Shown here piece after piece: positions 1 through 8,933 of a stretch of 58,774 bases of DNA. Made by a program: the position numbers and the translations under genes. Under the pieces are notes generated by a model. The model was not told the origin of the DNA and searched no databases. It saw nothing but the letters and a program-made list of their open reading frames with translations. The stretch covers positions 1 to 58,774 of the forward strand of contig JAPUKU010000215.1 in NCBI GenBank assembly GCA_027295505.1, written 5' to 3'. The stretch is from Acidobacteriota bacterium (lineage in GTDB: Bacteria > Acidobacteriota > Polarisedimenticolia > JAPUKU01). Numbering within the stretch: position 1 is the first letter of the stretch; each line of letters starts with the position of its first letter.

Positions 1-104
1 GGGTGCTGAAGCTTTACAGGTCAAAAGCCGGGTGGTAGAGTACCTCCACTCGCAAAGGAATCCTTAAAAACACGGACAGCCTTGTTACAGGCTGGTGAGG
101 GCCA

Positions 105-323
105 ATGCCACAGACGATTAAACGCGTAGTACAAACCTCTACCCGTGCCTACGAAGTGTTCTTGAGCGATTTCGAGGACTCATGGCACGTGATGGTGGTT
201 CGCCTGCCAGACGCAATGGGCTCGGAGGCACGTGGATCGACCCTGTTCGAGGGGCTGTACGAGACGCAGGAACTGGCGAACGGGGCGGCCGACGATTTCC
301 TGAAGAGTCAGGGAGGAGAGTAA
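105..323 (+). CDS. hypothetical small protein (72 aa), translationally coupled to the downstream dehydrogenase
   Basis: ORF track 105..323. Its stop TAA (321-323) overlaps the ATG (323-325) of the next gene as TAATG. No family recognised. Confidence 0.4.
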   Translation: MPQTIKRVVQTSTRAYEVFLSDFEDSWHVMVVRLPDAMGSEARGSTLFEGLYETQELANGAADDFLKSQGGE

Positions 324-1906
324 TGGCTACGCGCAAGAGCGGCGGTGGCGGCAGGGTCACGTACGCGACACTTGGATCCCCGGGTGAAGAGTTCCATAAG
401 TCGTACGACAGGGCCATCTCAAAGGTGAAGTCACAGCTAGGGAAATCCCACCCGATGATCATCGGGGGTCAGTCCGTGCGCTCGGACGAAGGGGAGTTCG
501 ATAATCGCTCACCCTCCGACGGCCGGCTCCTGGTGGGGCGCTTCCAGAAAGGGACGCGCGAGCACGCCCGCCAGGCGATCGCCTCAGCGCGCAAGGCCTA
601 TCCGGAGTGGCGCGACCTGGGCTACCGCAAGCGCAATCAACTGCTGCGGAAGGCCAGCGACATCATGCTCAAGCACAAATACTCCATCGCCGCCACCATG
701 GGATACGAGGCGGGCAAGAACCGCTCAGAAGCGATGGGAGACGTCGAAGAGACGGTGGATTTCTTCCGCTACTACTGCGATCAGATGGAGAAGAACAAGG
801 GTTTCGAGAAGCCCATGGCAAAGCTGTCTCGAAACGAGGAAAACATCGATGTCATGCGCCCGTACGGTGTCTGGGCTGTCATCTCGCCGTTCAACTTTCC
901 CATGGCGCTGGCAGCCGGACCTGCGATCGGAGCTCTGGTCGCGGGTAATACGGTGGTTCTGAAGCCATCGAGCGATACCCCCTGGACCTCGGTCTGGATG
1001 CACCGGTGTCTCGCCGAAGCGGGCCTGCCAGCCGGGGCGTTCAACTACGTTACCGGCTCCGGCAGAACGATTGGGGATGAGCTCGTCACCAATGACGGTG
1101 TCGATGGGCTCCTATTTACGGGCTCGAAGGAAGTGGGATTCGACATTTTCAAGCGCTTCTCGACCCTGTACCCGAAGCCCTGCATCACCGAAATGGGTGG
1201 GAAAAACCCGGCCATCATCACCAACAAGGCCAATCTCGAAAAGGCTACCGACGGCGTGGTGCGTTCGGCTTTCGGCCTGGGTGGCCAGAAGTGCAGTGCC
1301 TGCTCCCGGGTCTACGTGGAGCGCAAGGTCAAGAACAAGTTCATGGACCTCCTGCTGGAGAAAACTGCAAAGCTCACCATTGGGGATCCCCTGCAGAGGG
1401 ACATTTATCTGGGTCCGGTCATCAATGCGGCCGCGGTTAGCAACTACGAGCGCTATGTCAAATCCGCGCGTAAGGATGGTGAGATCCTGACCGGAGGGGA
1501 AGTCCTCAAACAGGAGCCGTACACCCATGGCCTGTTCGTTGCTCCGACCGTGGTTGACGGCCTGGCTAAGGGCCACAATCTCTTCAAAGAGGAAATGTTC
1601 CTGCCCATTGTCTGTGTGGCTGAGATAGATTCCTTCGCAGAGGGTTTGAGCCTAGCCAATGACACCGAGTTTGGTCTCACGGCCGGACTCTTCAGCGAAG
1701 ACTCCAGGGAAATCAAGACATTCCTGAACCAGATTGAAGCAGGTGTCGTCTACGTGAACCGCCGGGCCGGCGCGACGACAGGAGCCTGGCCGGGAATCAA
1801 TCCGTTCGGCGGGTGGAAAGGCAGCGGCTCCTCCGGCAAGGCAGGCGGAGGACCCTACTACGTGCAGCAGTTCATGCGCGAGCAGAGCCGGGTCATCGTC
1901 CGCTGA
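323..1906 (+). CDS. pruA: L-glutamate gamma-semialdehyde (1-pyrroline-5-carboxylate) dehydrogenase, aldehyde dehydrogenase superfamily
   Basis: Track ORF 182..1906 trimmed to the in-frame ATG at 323, preceded by GGGAGGAGAG. ALDH motifs EMGGKNP and GQKCSACSR are present. The length (527 aa) and N-terminus are typical of RocA/PruA-type P5CDH. Confidence 0.85.
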   Translation: MATRKSGGGGRVTYATLGSPGEEFHKSYDRAISKVKSQLGKSHPMIIGGQSVRSDEGEFDNRSPSDGRLLVGRFQKGTREHARQAIASARKAYPEWRDLGYRKRNQLLRKASDIMLKHKYSIAATMGYEAGKNRSEAMGDVEETVDFFRYYCDQMEKNKGFEKPMAKLSRNEENIDVMRPYGVWAVISPFNFPMALAAGPAIGALVAGNTVVLKPSSDTPWTSVWMHRCLAEAGLPAGAFNYVTGSGRTIGDELVTNDGVDGLLFTGSKEVGFDIFKRFSTLYPKPCITEMGGKNPAIITNKANLEKATDGVVRSAFGLGGQKCSACSRVYVERKVKNKFMDLLLEKTAKLTIGDPLQRDIYLGPVINAAAVSNYERYVKSARKDGEILTGGEVLKQEPYTHGLFVAPTVVDGLAKGHNLFKEEMFLPIVCVAEIDSFAEGLSLANDTEFGLTAGLFSEDSREIKTFLNQIEAGVVYVNRRAGATTGAWPGINPFGGWKGSGSSGKAGGGPYYVQQFMREQSRVIVR

Positions 1907-1930
1907 GCGCCTGAAGAATTGCGGCGCTCC

Positions 1931-3094
1931 TCACTCCAGGAGCCGGTTGTACTCCCGAAGCACGGTACGCAGCTGATCGTGGGGCAGGGCCCTCACGGTG
2001 ACGCCGTCGGCTCCGGTCATGGTCTCGGCGGCGATCATGGCGTTGACGATTGCCTCCTCGGTTGCCTGCACCGTGGCCTCGAACAGGGGATCCATCTCAT
2101 CGTTCGAGAACATCTCGAGTCGCACGGTGCGTGATGCGGCCACCCGCCCTTCGTTCGCAGTCGAGAAGGCGATGAAGATGTCCCCCGATCCACTTCCCGA
2201 AATGCTGCCCATGCGCGCCAGGCCCAGCGAGCCCCGGCGCGCGATGCGCTTGAGCTGGTGGGGGAGGAGGGGCGCATCGGTGGCGACCACAATGATGATC
2301 GATCCTGATTCCTTTTCCGTCCGCATGCCGCTCGCCGGGAACGCTCGCCCGACGGGCACGCCGGCAATCGTGAGCTGCCTGCTCAGGCCATAATTGCACT
2401 GCACCAGGACCCCAATGGTGTGACCGCCGTCCTCGCGGGCCACGATCCGGGAGGAAGTTCCGATCCCGCCTTTGAAGTCATGGCAGATCATTCCGGTTCC
2501 GCCTCCGAAATTGCCTTCCTGAACGGGGCCGCCGCGGGCCGAGTCGATGGCTTCGAAAGCATGTTCCTTTCGGACGTGGAAACCGTTTATATCGTTCAGC
2601 TCTCCGTCCCAGGTCTCAGCCACGATCGGTAGGGACCAGCAGTAATCGGAGCCGGGTTGCCTGTCGTGCTCCAGGCACCAGGCGATGACCGCCTCGAGCA
2701 CCGTTCCCACGCTGTGCGTGTTGGTGAGCATGACGGGACCTTCGAGGACACCGAACTCCTCGAGCCAGTGCGCCCCGGTCATCTCACCGTTGCCGTTCAG
2801 GGAGAAGACGCCGGCGAAAACCGGGTCTGCCGAGGCACGTCCTCTGGGCAGCACGGCGGTGACCCCGGTGCGGATCGGGCCGACACCGACGACGCGCTTA
2901 CCGTTACCCCGGATGATCGTGCTGTGGCCGACCTCGACACCCTTCACGTCGGTGATGGTGTTGAGCGGTCCCGGAGTTCCTTCGAAGGGGATGCCGAGAT
3001 CCCTGGCGCGGGCTCTGTCGGGTGCTGAGTGGGCGAACGGCGCCATGGAAGACAGGAGAAGAAGGACGAGGGCGGTGAGCAGCGAGCGCAGCAT
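1931..3094 (-). CDS. DmpA/S58 (P1) family L-aminopeptidase/D-esterase, secreted
   Basis: 387-aa ORF with an N-terminal signal peptide (LLLLSSMAPFAHSA). Family-typical segments are IPFEGTPGPLNTITDVKGVEVGH, GPIRTGVTAVLP and GGGTGMICHDFKGGIGTSS. Confidence 0.8.
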   Translation of the reverse strand: MLRSLLTALVLLLLSSMAPFAHSAPDRARARDLGIPFEGTPGPLNTITDVKGVEVGHSTIIRGNGKRVVGVGPIRTGVTAVLPRGRASADPVFAGVFSLNGNGEMTGAHWLEEFGVLEGPVMLTNTHSVGTVLEAVIAWCLEHDRQPGSDYCWSLPIVAETWDGELNDINGFHVRKEHAFEAIDSARGGPVQEGNFGGGTGMICHDFKGGIGTSSRIVAREDGGHTIGVLVQCNYGLSRQLTIAGVPVGRAFPASGMRTEKESGSIIIVVATDAPLLPHQLKRIARRGSLGLARMGSISGSGSGDIFIAFSTANEGRVAASRTVRLEMFSNDEMDPLFEATVQATEEAIVNAMIAAETMTGADGVTVRALPHDQLRTVLREYNRLLE

Positions 3095-3096
3095 TA

Positions 3097-4428
3097 TCAG
3101 GGCAGCTCGGAGACACCGTTTCGGACGACGATACCGTCTTTCATGACGAAGTGCACCTTCTCGGTCACACGGATGTCAGAGACGGGATCAGCCGGGACAG
3201 CGATGATGTTGGCCCTCTTTCCAGCTTCCAGCGTGCCGAGATCTTCTTCCAGGCCGAGCAGCTCAGCCGCCACCGAGGTGGCCGAGAGAAGCGCCTGGGC
3301 CGGGTCCATGCCGCGATCCACCATGAGGGCGAACTCCTCGGCGTTGAGACCGTGCGGGCTGACTCCCGAGTCCGTTCCAAAGGCTATCTTGACGCCCATC
3401 TTCAGCGCCAACCGGAAGGCATTCGAGTGGGCCTGGGCTGCTGCATGCGCCTTCTCCGCGATCTCCGGAGGATAATTCTGTGGCGCGTGTCCTCCGCCCG
3501 TGTACTCGGACGCCATCAAAGTTGGCACCAGATAGGTGCCTCGCTCTTTCATCATCCGGAATGCTTCCCGATCGAGGAACGATCCATGTTCGATCGAATC
3601 GATGCCGGCCCGGATGGCCACCTTGGCTCCCTCCGCACCGTGGGCATGGGCGGCGGTCGTCTTGCGCAGGCGATGTGCCTCGTCCACGAGGGCGTCCATC
3701 TCTTCCTGGATCAGCTGTGGCGTGTCCACCTCATCGGAGAGCGACAGCACGCCTCCCGTGGCGCAGACCTTGATCACATCGGCTCCGTACTTCACGAGGA
3801 AGCGAACGGCGTCGCGAAACTGATCGGCTCCGCTGGCAATCCCCTCGGCGATTCCCGGCTCTTTTCCGAATGTCTCGTAAGGGAAGCCCGTCCAGTCACA
3901 GTGGCCGCCCCGCGACCCGAGGCTGCCGGCGGCAACCAGCATCAGAGGCCCCGGTACGGCGCGAGCATTAATGGCGTTGCGGAGCCCCACGTCGATGAAC
4001 TCCTCGCTGCCGACGTCACGCACAGTGGTGAAGCCGGCCATGAGAGTTTTGCGAGCGTAATCAGTGCTGCGAACCGCCTTTTCCGGCACACCGCGGCGAA
4101 GTGAATCGAGGGTTCCCTGCAACCAGTCTTCCGAGGCCTGGCCGGTCAGGTGTGTATGTGAATCGATGAAGCCGGGCAGCAGCGTAGAGGCGCCCAGATC
4201 GATAATACGGGTCCCCTCGGGAATGGGGATCCCGGAGCCCACGTCCCGTATCCGATCCCCATCAACGAGTATGACTGCGTTCTGGATCAACTTGCCCGAG
4301 CGACCATCAAACAGACGCGCAGCCCGGATAGCCAGCGAATGGGAATCCGGTTGATCGGCGGCACGGACTGGCGCTCCGAAGACGAGGAGGATCAAGAAGA
4401 TGAAGATAGGGCGAGTGGTCATGTGCAT
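3097..4428 (-). CDS. amidohydrolase family metallo-hydrolase (imidazolonepropionase/Xaa-Pro dipeptidase-like), secreted
   Basis: 443-aa ORF with a signal peptide. It has the LLPGFIDSHTHL metal-binding motif and the C-terminal AGKRANIIAV..D motif. It sits 2 nt upstream of the DmpA-like gene, so it is probably in the same operon. Confidence 0.85.
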   Translation of the reverse strand: MHMTTRPIFIFLILLVFGAPVRAADQPDSHSLAIRAARLFDGRSGKLIQNAVILVDGDRIRDVGSGIPIPEGTRIIDLGASTLLPGFIDSHTHLTGQASEDWLQGTLDSLRRGVPEKAVRSTDYARKTLMAGFTTVRDVGSEEFIDVGLRNAINARAVPGPLMLVAAGSLGSRGGHCDWTGFPYETFGKEPGIAEGIASGADQFRDAVRFLVKYGADVIKVCATGGVLSLSDEVDTPQLIQEEMDALVDEAHRLRKTTAAHAHGAEGAKVAIRAGIDSIEHGSFLDREAFRMMKERGTYLVPTLMASEYTGGGHAPQNYPPEIAEKAHAAAQAHSNAFRLALKMGVKIAFGTDSGVSPHGLNAEEFALMVDRGMDPAQALLSATSVAAELLGLEEDLGTLEAGKRANIIAVPADPVSDIRVTEKVHFVMKDGIVVRNGVSELP

Positions 4429-4451
4429 TCAATCTCCCCTTAAATAAACCT

Positions 4452-4882
4452 TCAGGGACGCGGTGCTGTCATCGCATCAGCCGCATTGCGCTGCCAGAAA
4501 AACTCACCGAGCGGTACCTGCTCCGGCCAGATCTGGTTCATGCTCGAGGCGTCGTATAAAAAGCCGTTGATCATCACGTATTTGATGTCGGTCGTGTTGT
4601 GAAGATCCTGCAGCGGGTCACTGTTGAGCACGACAATGTCGGCCAGCTTTGCTTCGCTCTCCTTCGTGACCTGGCGGGAGGCATTCCCGTCCTGGTTCAT
4701 GATCCAGAGTTCCATGTTTCCGCCACGCTCGGAGGAGAGCTGTCCTTCTCATCTGTATCGTTGCCCACGGCAGAGCGGGCAGGAGCGAGCGCCACCAGCG
4801 CGGCCAGAGTCGAGATCAGGATCCAGGTGCGGAGGATGGAGAAAACAGTTGTACCTGTACGGCAGGATTCGAACAGACACAT
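4452..4882 (-). pseudogene. frameshifted, internally deleted remnant of a signal-peptide/beta-propeller-blade/amidohydrolase protein
   Basis: ATG at 4882 has the SD GAGGTG and encodes a signal peptide (TVFSILRTWILISTLAALVALAPARSA), then hits a stop at 4697. In another frame the sequence continues EGQLSSERGGNMELWIMNQDGNASRQVTKE (TolB-blade-like). It then reads AKLADIVVLNSDPLQDLHNTTDIKYVMINGFLY, which aligns with the C-terminus GKRANIIAVPADPVSDIRVTEKVHFVMKDGIVV of the neighbouring amidohydrolase. The catalytic barrel is missing. Confidence 0.55.
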
Positions 4883-5040
4883 CAGTTCACCTCGAGTTGC
4901 GAGCTGGGCCCAGGCGGGCTCGAGAGGTCCGTAACTCGGCACCGTCGGCTCAACGGCGCACAAGCAGGGCCCGGGTCCGGGGATGTCTTCCTCTAAGCGC
5001 GAGAAAAGACATCCTACCACAGGGAGTCGGAGCGAGCCGG

Positions 5041-6660
5041 CTAGGCAGGATCCCCCGCGGCTGACCAGCCGCGCAGTCGGTAGTAGGCGCTCACCCAGCT
5101 TCGCAGGCCTGCGCTGCTGAGATGTGTGGACACTCCACAATCCTGTTCCAGAAGACGTCCTGGCAGACGATCTCCCGCACCGGTCCAGCCGCGCAATCGA
5201 TTGATGCGTCGTCGGTCTGATGCCACCTTCCGTGTCGTCTCACGAAGAGCTTCCGGATCCGCAAGGTCGTGATCGCCGACCTCGGCGAGCAGCCGCGCCG
5301 CCGCCTCGAACGGGTCGCCCAGATTGCCGCGGGTGCTGCGGCTGAGGATCAGGGAATCGAGGAGCGTGGCTCGATCTTCGTAGGTGGCGGCACGGTAGGC
5401 CAGATCCTGCGCCTGCGGGGGCTCAATCAGCGGATCCTGAAGGTCAGGTTCATAGGCTCCCGAGCGCACGTGGCAGGCTCCACGGCTTCCGATCGCGTAA
5501 CCGAGTGCCATGGACGGCAGGGCGCGCGGATCGTATCCGGGGAGTTCCAGGCCTCGGACATGCATGGCCCATTGATCCGCCGGTGGACCCAGGCGACGGG
5601 ATCCCTCGCGTGAGCCGAGCGACAGCAGCTCCACGGAAGCGTCTCTTCGGGCCACGCACTCGAGGAGTTGCTCGATTGAGTCAGCGCTGGGGGGGAGCGG
5701 CATTTTCAGCAGATCGGCTTCGGCGGCCTCCAGCGCCCAGGCGATCGTTCCCCCGGCGCTCACCACGTCTAATCCCAGGCGATCACAGGCCGCGACGGCA
5801 CGACGGATGATGGATGCCTGCGCGACCCCGAGCATCGGGCCAAAGGCGAAAATCGCCTCGTACGGCAGGTCGGGCGGTTTTCCGCGGGACGAGAGATCAC
5901 TGATCAGTTCCTCGACTCGAGAGAACGATCGCTCTCGAAAGTTTCGGGTTGGTAGAGCATGCCGTTCGTTGAGGAGGCGGAGGCGGCGTACGGCTTTCTC
6001 TCCGCGGGTGCTGTGCTGAGCAGCCTGTCGGTTTAGCGGCCGTGGAGGTTGATGGGGACTGCGGGCAGGGCCTGCCAGACCCTTGATGTTCATCGCAGCC
6101 AGTGCAGCTCCCGCACCCCCGCGGCCGGCACTGTGTCTGGGTGAACCCAGGCTGGCATACGGGACCCCGTGCTCGGCAGCAGGTCCGGCGACGAGCCCGG
6201 GCCCGCCGGCTGCTTCCTCCAGGAGCCGGGCCGCGGGTCCCACCTCCATCCCCCAGAGCTGGCTCGCGTCCTCGAACTTCACTCCGCCGTCGCTCAGGTG
6301 CAGCCAGGTGGATGCTTCCGAGCGGCCCGAGAGAACCATCGCTGCGGTGTGCGTTCCCGCCATTGTCAGCGCGAGCGGGTGTGTAATCACCGAGTCATTA
6401 ATGCCTCCCGTCAGTGGGGAAATATGGGTCACGACTGCCTGGGCGCTCTTTGAGAAGGGCGTGCCCGTGAGCGGGCCGATCGAAAGGATCCAGGGAGATT
6501 CTGCTTCATGAGGGGGCGCCGGCCCGGCGTGCAGGCAGCGCTGGAGAAGAGCCACGCCCAGCGAGGCACCGCCGACGGCGCGATAATCCTCCGGGCTGAG
6601 ACGCTCGCGCCGTACCCGGCGCCGCTCGAGGTCAACGTACAGGATCTGCTGAAGGCTCAT
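5041..6660 (-). CDS. aldehyde:ferredoxin oxidoreductase (AOR) family protein, atypical (no Fe-S cysteine motif)
   Basis: 539-aa ORF with AOR-like segments IGPLTGT, HSAGRGGAGA, CDRLGLDVVSAGGTIAWALE, GYDPR and GSRGACHV. The C-terminus YYRLRGW is typical of the family. Confidence 0.7.
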   Translation of the reverse strand: MSLQQILYVDLERRRVRRERLSPEDYRAVGGASLGVALLQRCLHAGPAPPHEAESPWILSIGPLTGTPFSKSAQAVVTHISPLTGGINDSVITHPLALTMAGTHTAAMVLSGRSEASTWLHLSDGGVKFEDASQLWGMEVGPAARLLEEAAGGPGLVAGPAAEHGVPYASLGSPRHSAGRGGAGAALAAMNIKGLAGPARSPHQPPRPLNRQAAQHSTRGEKAVRRLRLLNERHALPTRNFRERSFSRVEELISDLSSRGKPPDLPYEAIFAFGPMLGVAQASIIRRAVAACDRLGLDVVSAGGTIAWALEAAEADLLKMPLPPSADSIEQLLECVARRDASVELLSLGSREGSRRLGPPADQWAMHVRGLELPGYDPRALPSMALGYAIGSRGACHVRSGAYEPDLQDPLIEPPQAQDLAYRAATYEDRATLLDSLILSRSTRGNLGDPFEAAARLLAEVGDHDLADPEALRETTRKVASDRRRINRLRGWTGAGDRLPGRLLEQDCGVSTHLSSAGLRSWVSAYYRLRGWSAAGDPA

Positions 6661-7274
6661 CCCGGCTCGTCCGCCGCCATGTCGAGGGCGGCCTGGTACT
6701 CTGCCGGGGAGTTCATGTTGATGAAGGAACGTCCCTGCGGATCGATGCGGCGTACTTCCTCTTCTGTGACGGTCCGTACCCGCACTTTATCGAACAGGTC
6801 GACCGGTCTCCGACCTCCGGCATCGAGCAGGGCCTGGTAAGGATTCGCCAGCGACGTGGCGTAGACCGCGTGCAGGGGATTGAGCCGCCCCTCCCAGCTT
6901 GGGATTACAACATCCCAGGATGCGGCTTCGTCCAGCAGCCAACGCACGAGGTCGAGGTTCAGAAAGGGAGAGTCGCAGGAGGTGACGAAAGCGTGAGTGC
7001 CTCGGGACGCGGCGAGACCACGCGCCAGGCCGGCCACGGGGCCCTGGTACTCGTGCGCATCATGCACGAGGCGCGCCCGCAGCTTCGGGAGTTCCTGGTC
7101 GGGGGAGGCCACCACGGTCAGATCGTTTGTGACCTTGAGAAGGCGCTCCGCCACTCGAACGATCAGTGGTTGGCCCGCGAAGGGGAGCAGAGCCTTCGGC
7201 TGACCCATGCGACGGCTGCGCCCTCCGGCGAGCAGCACTGCCGAAGCATTCACCCCCGTGCCTTTAGGGTCCAA
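6657..7274 (-). CDS. mobA: molybdenum cofactor guanylyltransferase
   Basis: 205-aa ORF with the N-terminal motif LLAGGRSRRMGQPKALLPF. Its stop overlaps the AOR start as ATGA (6657-6660). Confidence 0.85.
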   Translation of the reverse strand: MDPKGTGVNASAVLLAGGRSRRMGQPKALLPFAGQPLIVRVAERLLKVTNDLTVVASPDQELPKLRARLVHDAHEYQGPVAGLARGLAASRGTHAFVTSCDSPFLNLDLVRWLLDEAASWDVVIPSWEGRLNPLHAVYATSLANPYQALLDAGGRRPVDLFDKVRVRTVTEEEVRRIDPQGRSFINMNSPAEYQAALDMAADEPG

Positions 7275-7355
7275 GAAGTATCCTTCACATGAAGCTGAAA
7301 ACGCTCAAGTTGATCGTATGATAGCATGCGCTAGCCGCACTCCGGCCGTGTCGTC

Positions 7356-8054
7356 ATGTGGCTTCAGAAGCGCCTTTATTCTTGGTGGTGGGGGCACCGT
7401 GTGCCAGAAGCCGAGGCGATGGACATTGAAGAGGAAGTGGCTGCCTATGTCGACGCGTCGGCCCAGCGCCACCTTTCGGGCCTGGATGAAGGCGCAGCGC
7501 GGCGAGCGGCGACGTTCTTCGGGTGTTGCCGGTGTCTGATCGATCTGGGATGCGGACCGGCCGCCATACCGCTCTCCGTGGCAGATCGTGTTCCCGGTCT
7601 GAGGATTGTCGGTGTTGACCTGTCTCTGCCGATGCTCCTGCGGGCACGGCAGGAGGTGAACCGACGGGACAAGCGGGATCGCCTCCTTCTGGTGTGCGCC
7701 AGTTGCTCGGCGCTTCCGTTTCGCGATGCCAGCTTCGACGGCGCCTGCAGCAACTCGCTCCTGCACCATCTGGATCGGCCACAGCTGGCCCTAAGGGAAC
7801 TGTCCAGAGTGATGTCTTCAGGAGCCGCCGTGTTCCTGAGAGATCTTCGGCGCCCTCCACGCTTTCTCCTCAGGATTCACCTGGCGATTTTCGGTCGTTG
7901 CTATCGCGGTCGCATGCGGGAATTGTTCGATGCATCGGTACGCGCGGCCTACACCAGAAAAGAGCTCGGGGAACTCGTCGAGCGCCTCGAAGGGGTGCGC
8001 GTCATCCTGCGCGGTGGAGCGCATCTCGAGGTTGTACGCGATGCCGCCGGGTAA
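7356..8054 (+). CDS. class I SAM-dependent methyltransferase
   Basis: SAM-binding motif I is LIDLGCGPAAIPL, followed by VGVDLSLPML. The start is uncertain: ATG at 7419 (MDIEEE...) is an alternative. Confidence 0.75.
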   Translation: MWLQKRLYSWWWGHRVPEAEAMDIEEEVAAYVDASAQRHLSGLDEGAARRAATFFGCCRCLIDLGCGPAAIPLSVADRVPGLRIVGVDLSLPMLLRARQEVNRRDKRDRLLLVCASCSALPFRDASFDGACSNSLLHHLDRPQLALRELSRVMSSGAAVFLRDLRRPPRFLLRIHLAIFGRCYRGRMRELFDASVRAAYTRKELGELVERLEGVRVILRGGAHLEVVRDAAG

Positions 8055-8096
8055 GGCCGGGATCTCACGGCATGTTGTGTGCGGAGAGGGTCTGAA

Positions 8097-8933
8097 TCAG
8101 GGAGTGGACGGGCTGAGCGGCGGGCGTCCCGGGTTACCGAGCGGCACGCGCCGGACCTCCGGGACCTCGGTGAACGTGGCCGGAGCTAGTTCGCGGAAGA
8201 GAGCCGCCAGCTTTGCCAGAATCGTCTCGGCTTCCTGCACCGTGATCGAGCGATCGGGGTTCCGAGCGATGACGTTGATGCCCAGTTGTTGTAACAGGGA
8301 AACGACATCACTCTCCGTCACTGGCTGACCGTTGTTCCAGCCGCCGGGTGGCGCGAACCTGTCGTCCGGCCGTGCCCGGGGACGCATACCTATCAGGGAA
8401 TTGATGGCCTTATCAGGCGACCAACCGCCCCAGGGCGCGCGCAGATGGAGGGTCTGCACCAGGAGCATGGCGAACTCGCCCTGCAGGATGGCACGTGAAG
8501 TGCCCTCGGGCATCGGACGTACGGCTTGCACGGCACCGCGGGTAGTCGGAGCTGCTTGGGCGGCGGGTGCAGGCTCGTTTCGGGAAAGCGTTTCGGTCTC
8601 GATCAGGGCTACCTGCTCCCGAGCAGGCGGGGTCCGTGGTCTCGGTTCGACCGTGGCTCGGTGGCGCCGGATGGATCTCTGAGCTGCGTGCACCGCGTCT
8701 ACTGAACGATCGGCGGCGAGAGAGTCCATCCACGCGTTCTGCTGGACAATCGGATAGCGGCCCGGTTGCACGCTGACGCAGGCCGAGGCCGATTCGGCGT
8801 GCACGAAGAGAGCAGCCAGGATCGCCATCGCCGTCCAGCTTCGGACGTGGAGAACGCCACGGGCTTCCCTCGGCCACACCCATTCAGCTGTGCGGCGGAG
8901 CGCTCGCTTAACCCTGCGTTTAGAAATATGCAT
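8097..8933 (-). CDS. hypothetical secreted protein
   Basis: 278-aa ORF with a hydrophobic signal-like segment MAILAALFVHAESASA. No confident family. There is no SD in front of ATG 8933, so the start is uncertain. Confidence 0.45.
   Translation of the reverse strand: MHISKRRVKRALRRTAEWVWPREARGVLHVRSWTAMAILAALFVHAESASACVSVQPGRYPIVQQNAWMDSLAADRSVDAVHAAQRSIRRHRATVEPRPRTPPAREQVALIETETLSRNEPAPAAQAAPTTRGAVQAVRPMPEGTSRAILQGEFAMLLVQTLHLRAPWGGWSPDKAINSLIGMRPRARPDDRFAPPGGWNNGQPVTESDVVSLLQQLGINVIARNPDRSITVQEAETILAKLAALFRELAPATFTEVPEVRRVPLGNPGRPPLSPSTP

Noticed and set aside
182-322. N-terminal extensions of track ORFs, e.g. 182..322 of the ALDH, 28444..28821 of the MBL gene, 40538..40618 of radA, 41784..41849 of alr, 24635..24727 of rplT and 51233..51460 of the GWxTD gene
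   Set aside because: The extensions overlap the upstream gene or lack family-like sequence. Internal starts with an SD or stop/start coupling reproduce the canonical N-termini.
3151-4104. Long antisense or shadow ORFs typical of high-GC DNA, e.g. 3151..4104 (+), 17747..18775 (+), 45735..47186 (-), 54998..55837 (-), 28528..29199 (-) and 29985..30671 (-)
   Set aside because: Each lies opposite or out of frame to a gene with clear family motifs. They have Arg/Pro/Gly-rich low-complexity translations and no recognisable domains.
4865-4874. GGATTCGAAC, the reverse complement of a tRNA T-loop-like GTTCGAATCC, suggesting a tRNA or att-site fragment
   Set aside because: The flanking bases do not form a T stem (GTCTG against CCTGC), and no acceptor or anticodon arms can be drawn. 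The motif lies in the signal-peptide start region of the pseudogene.
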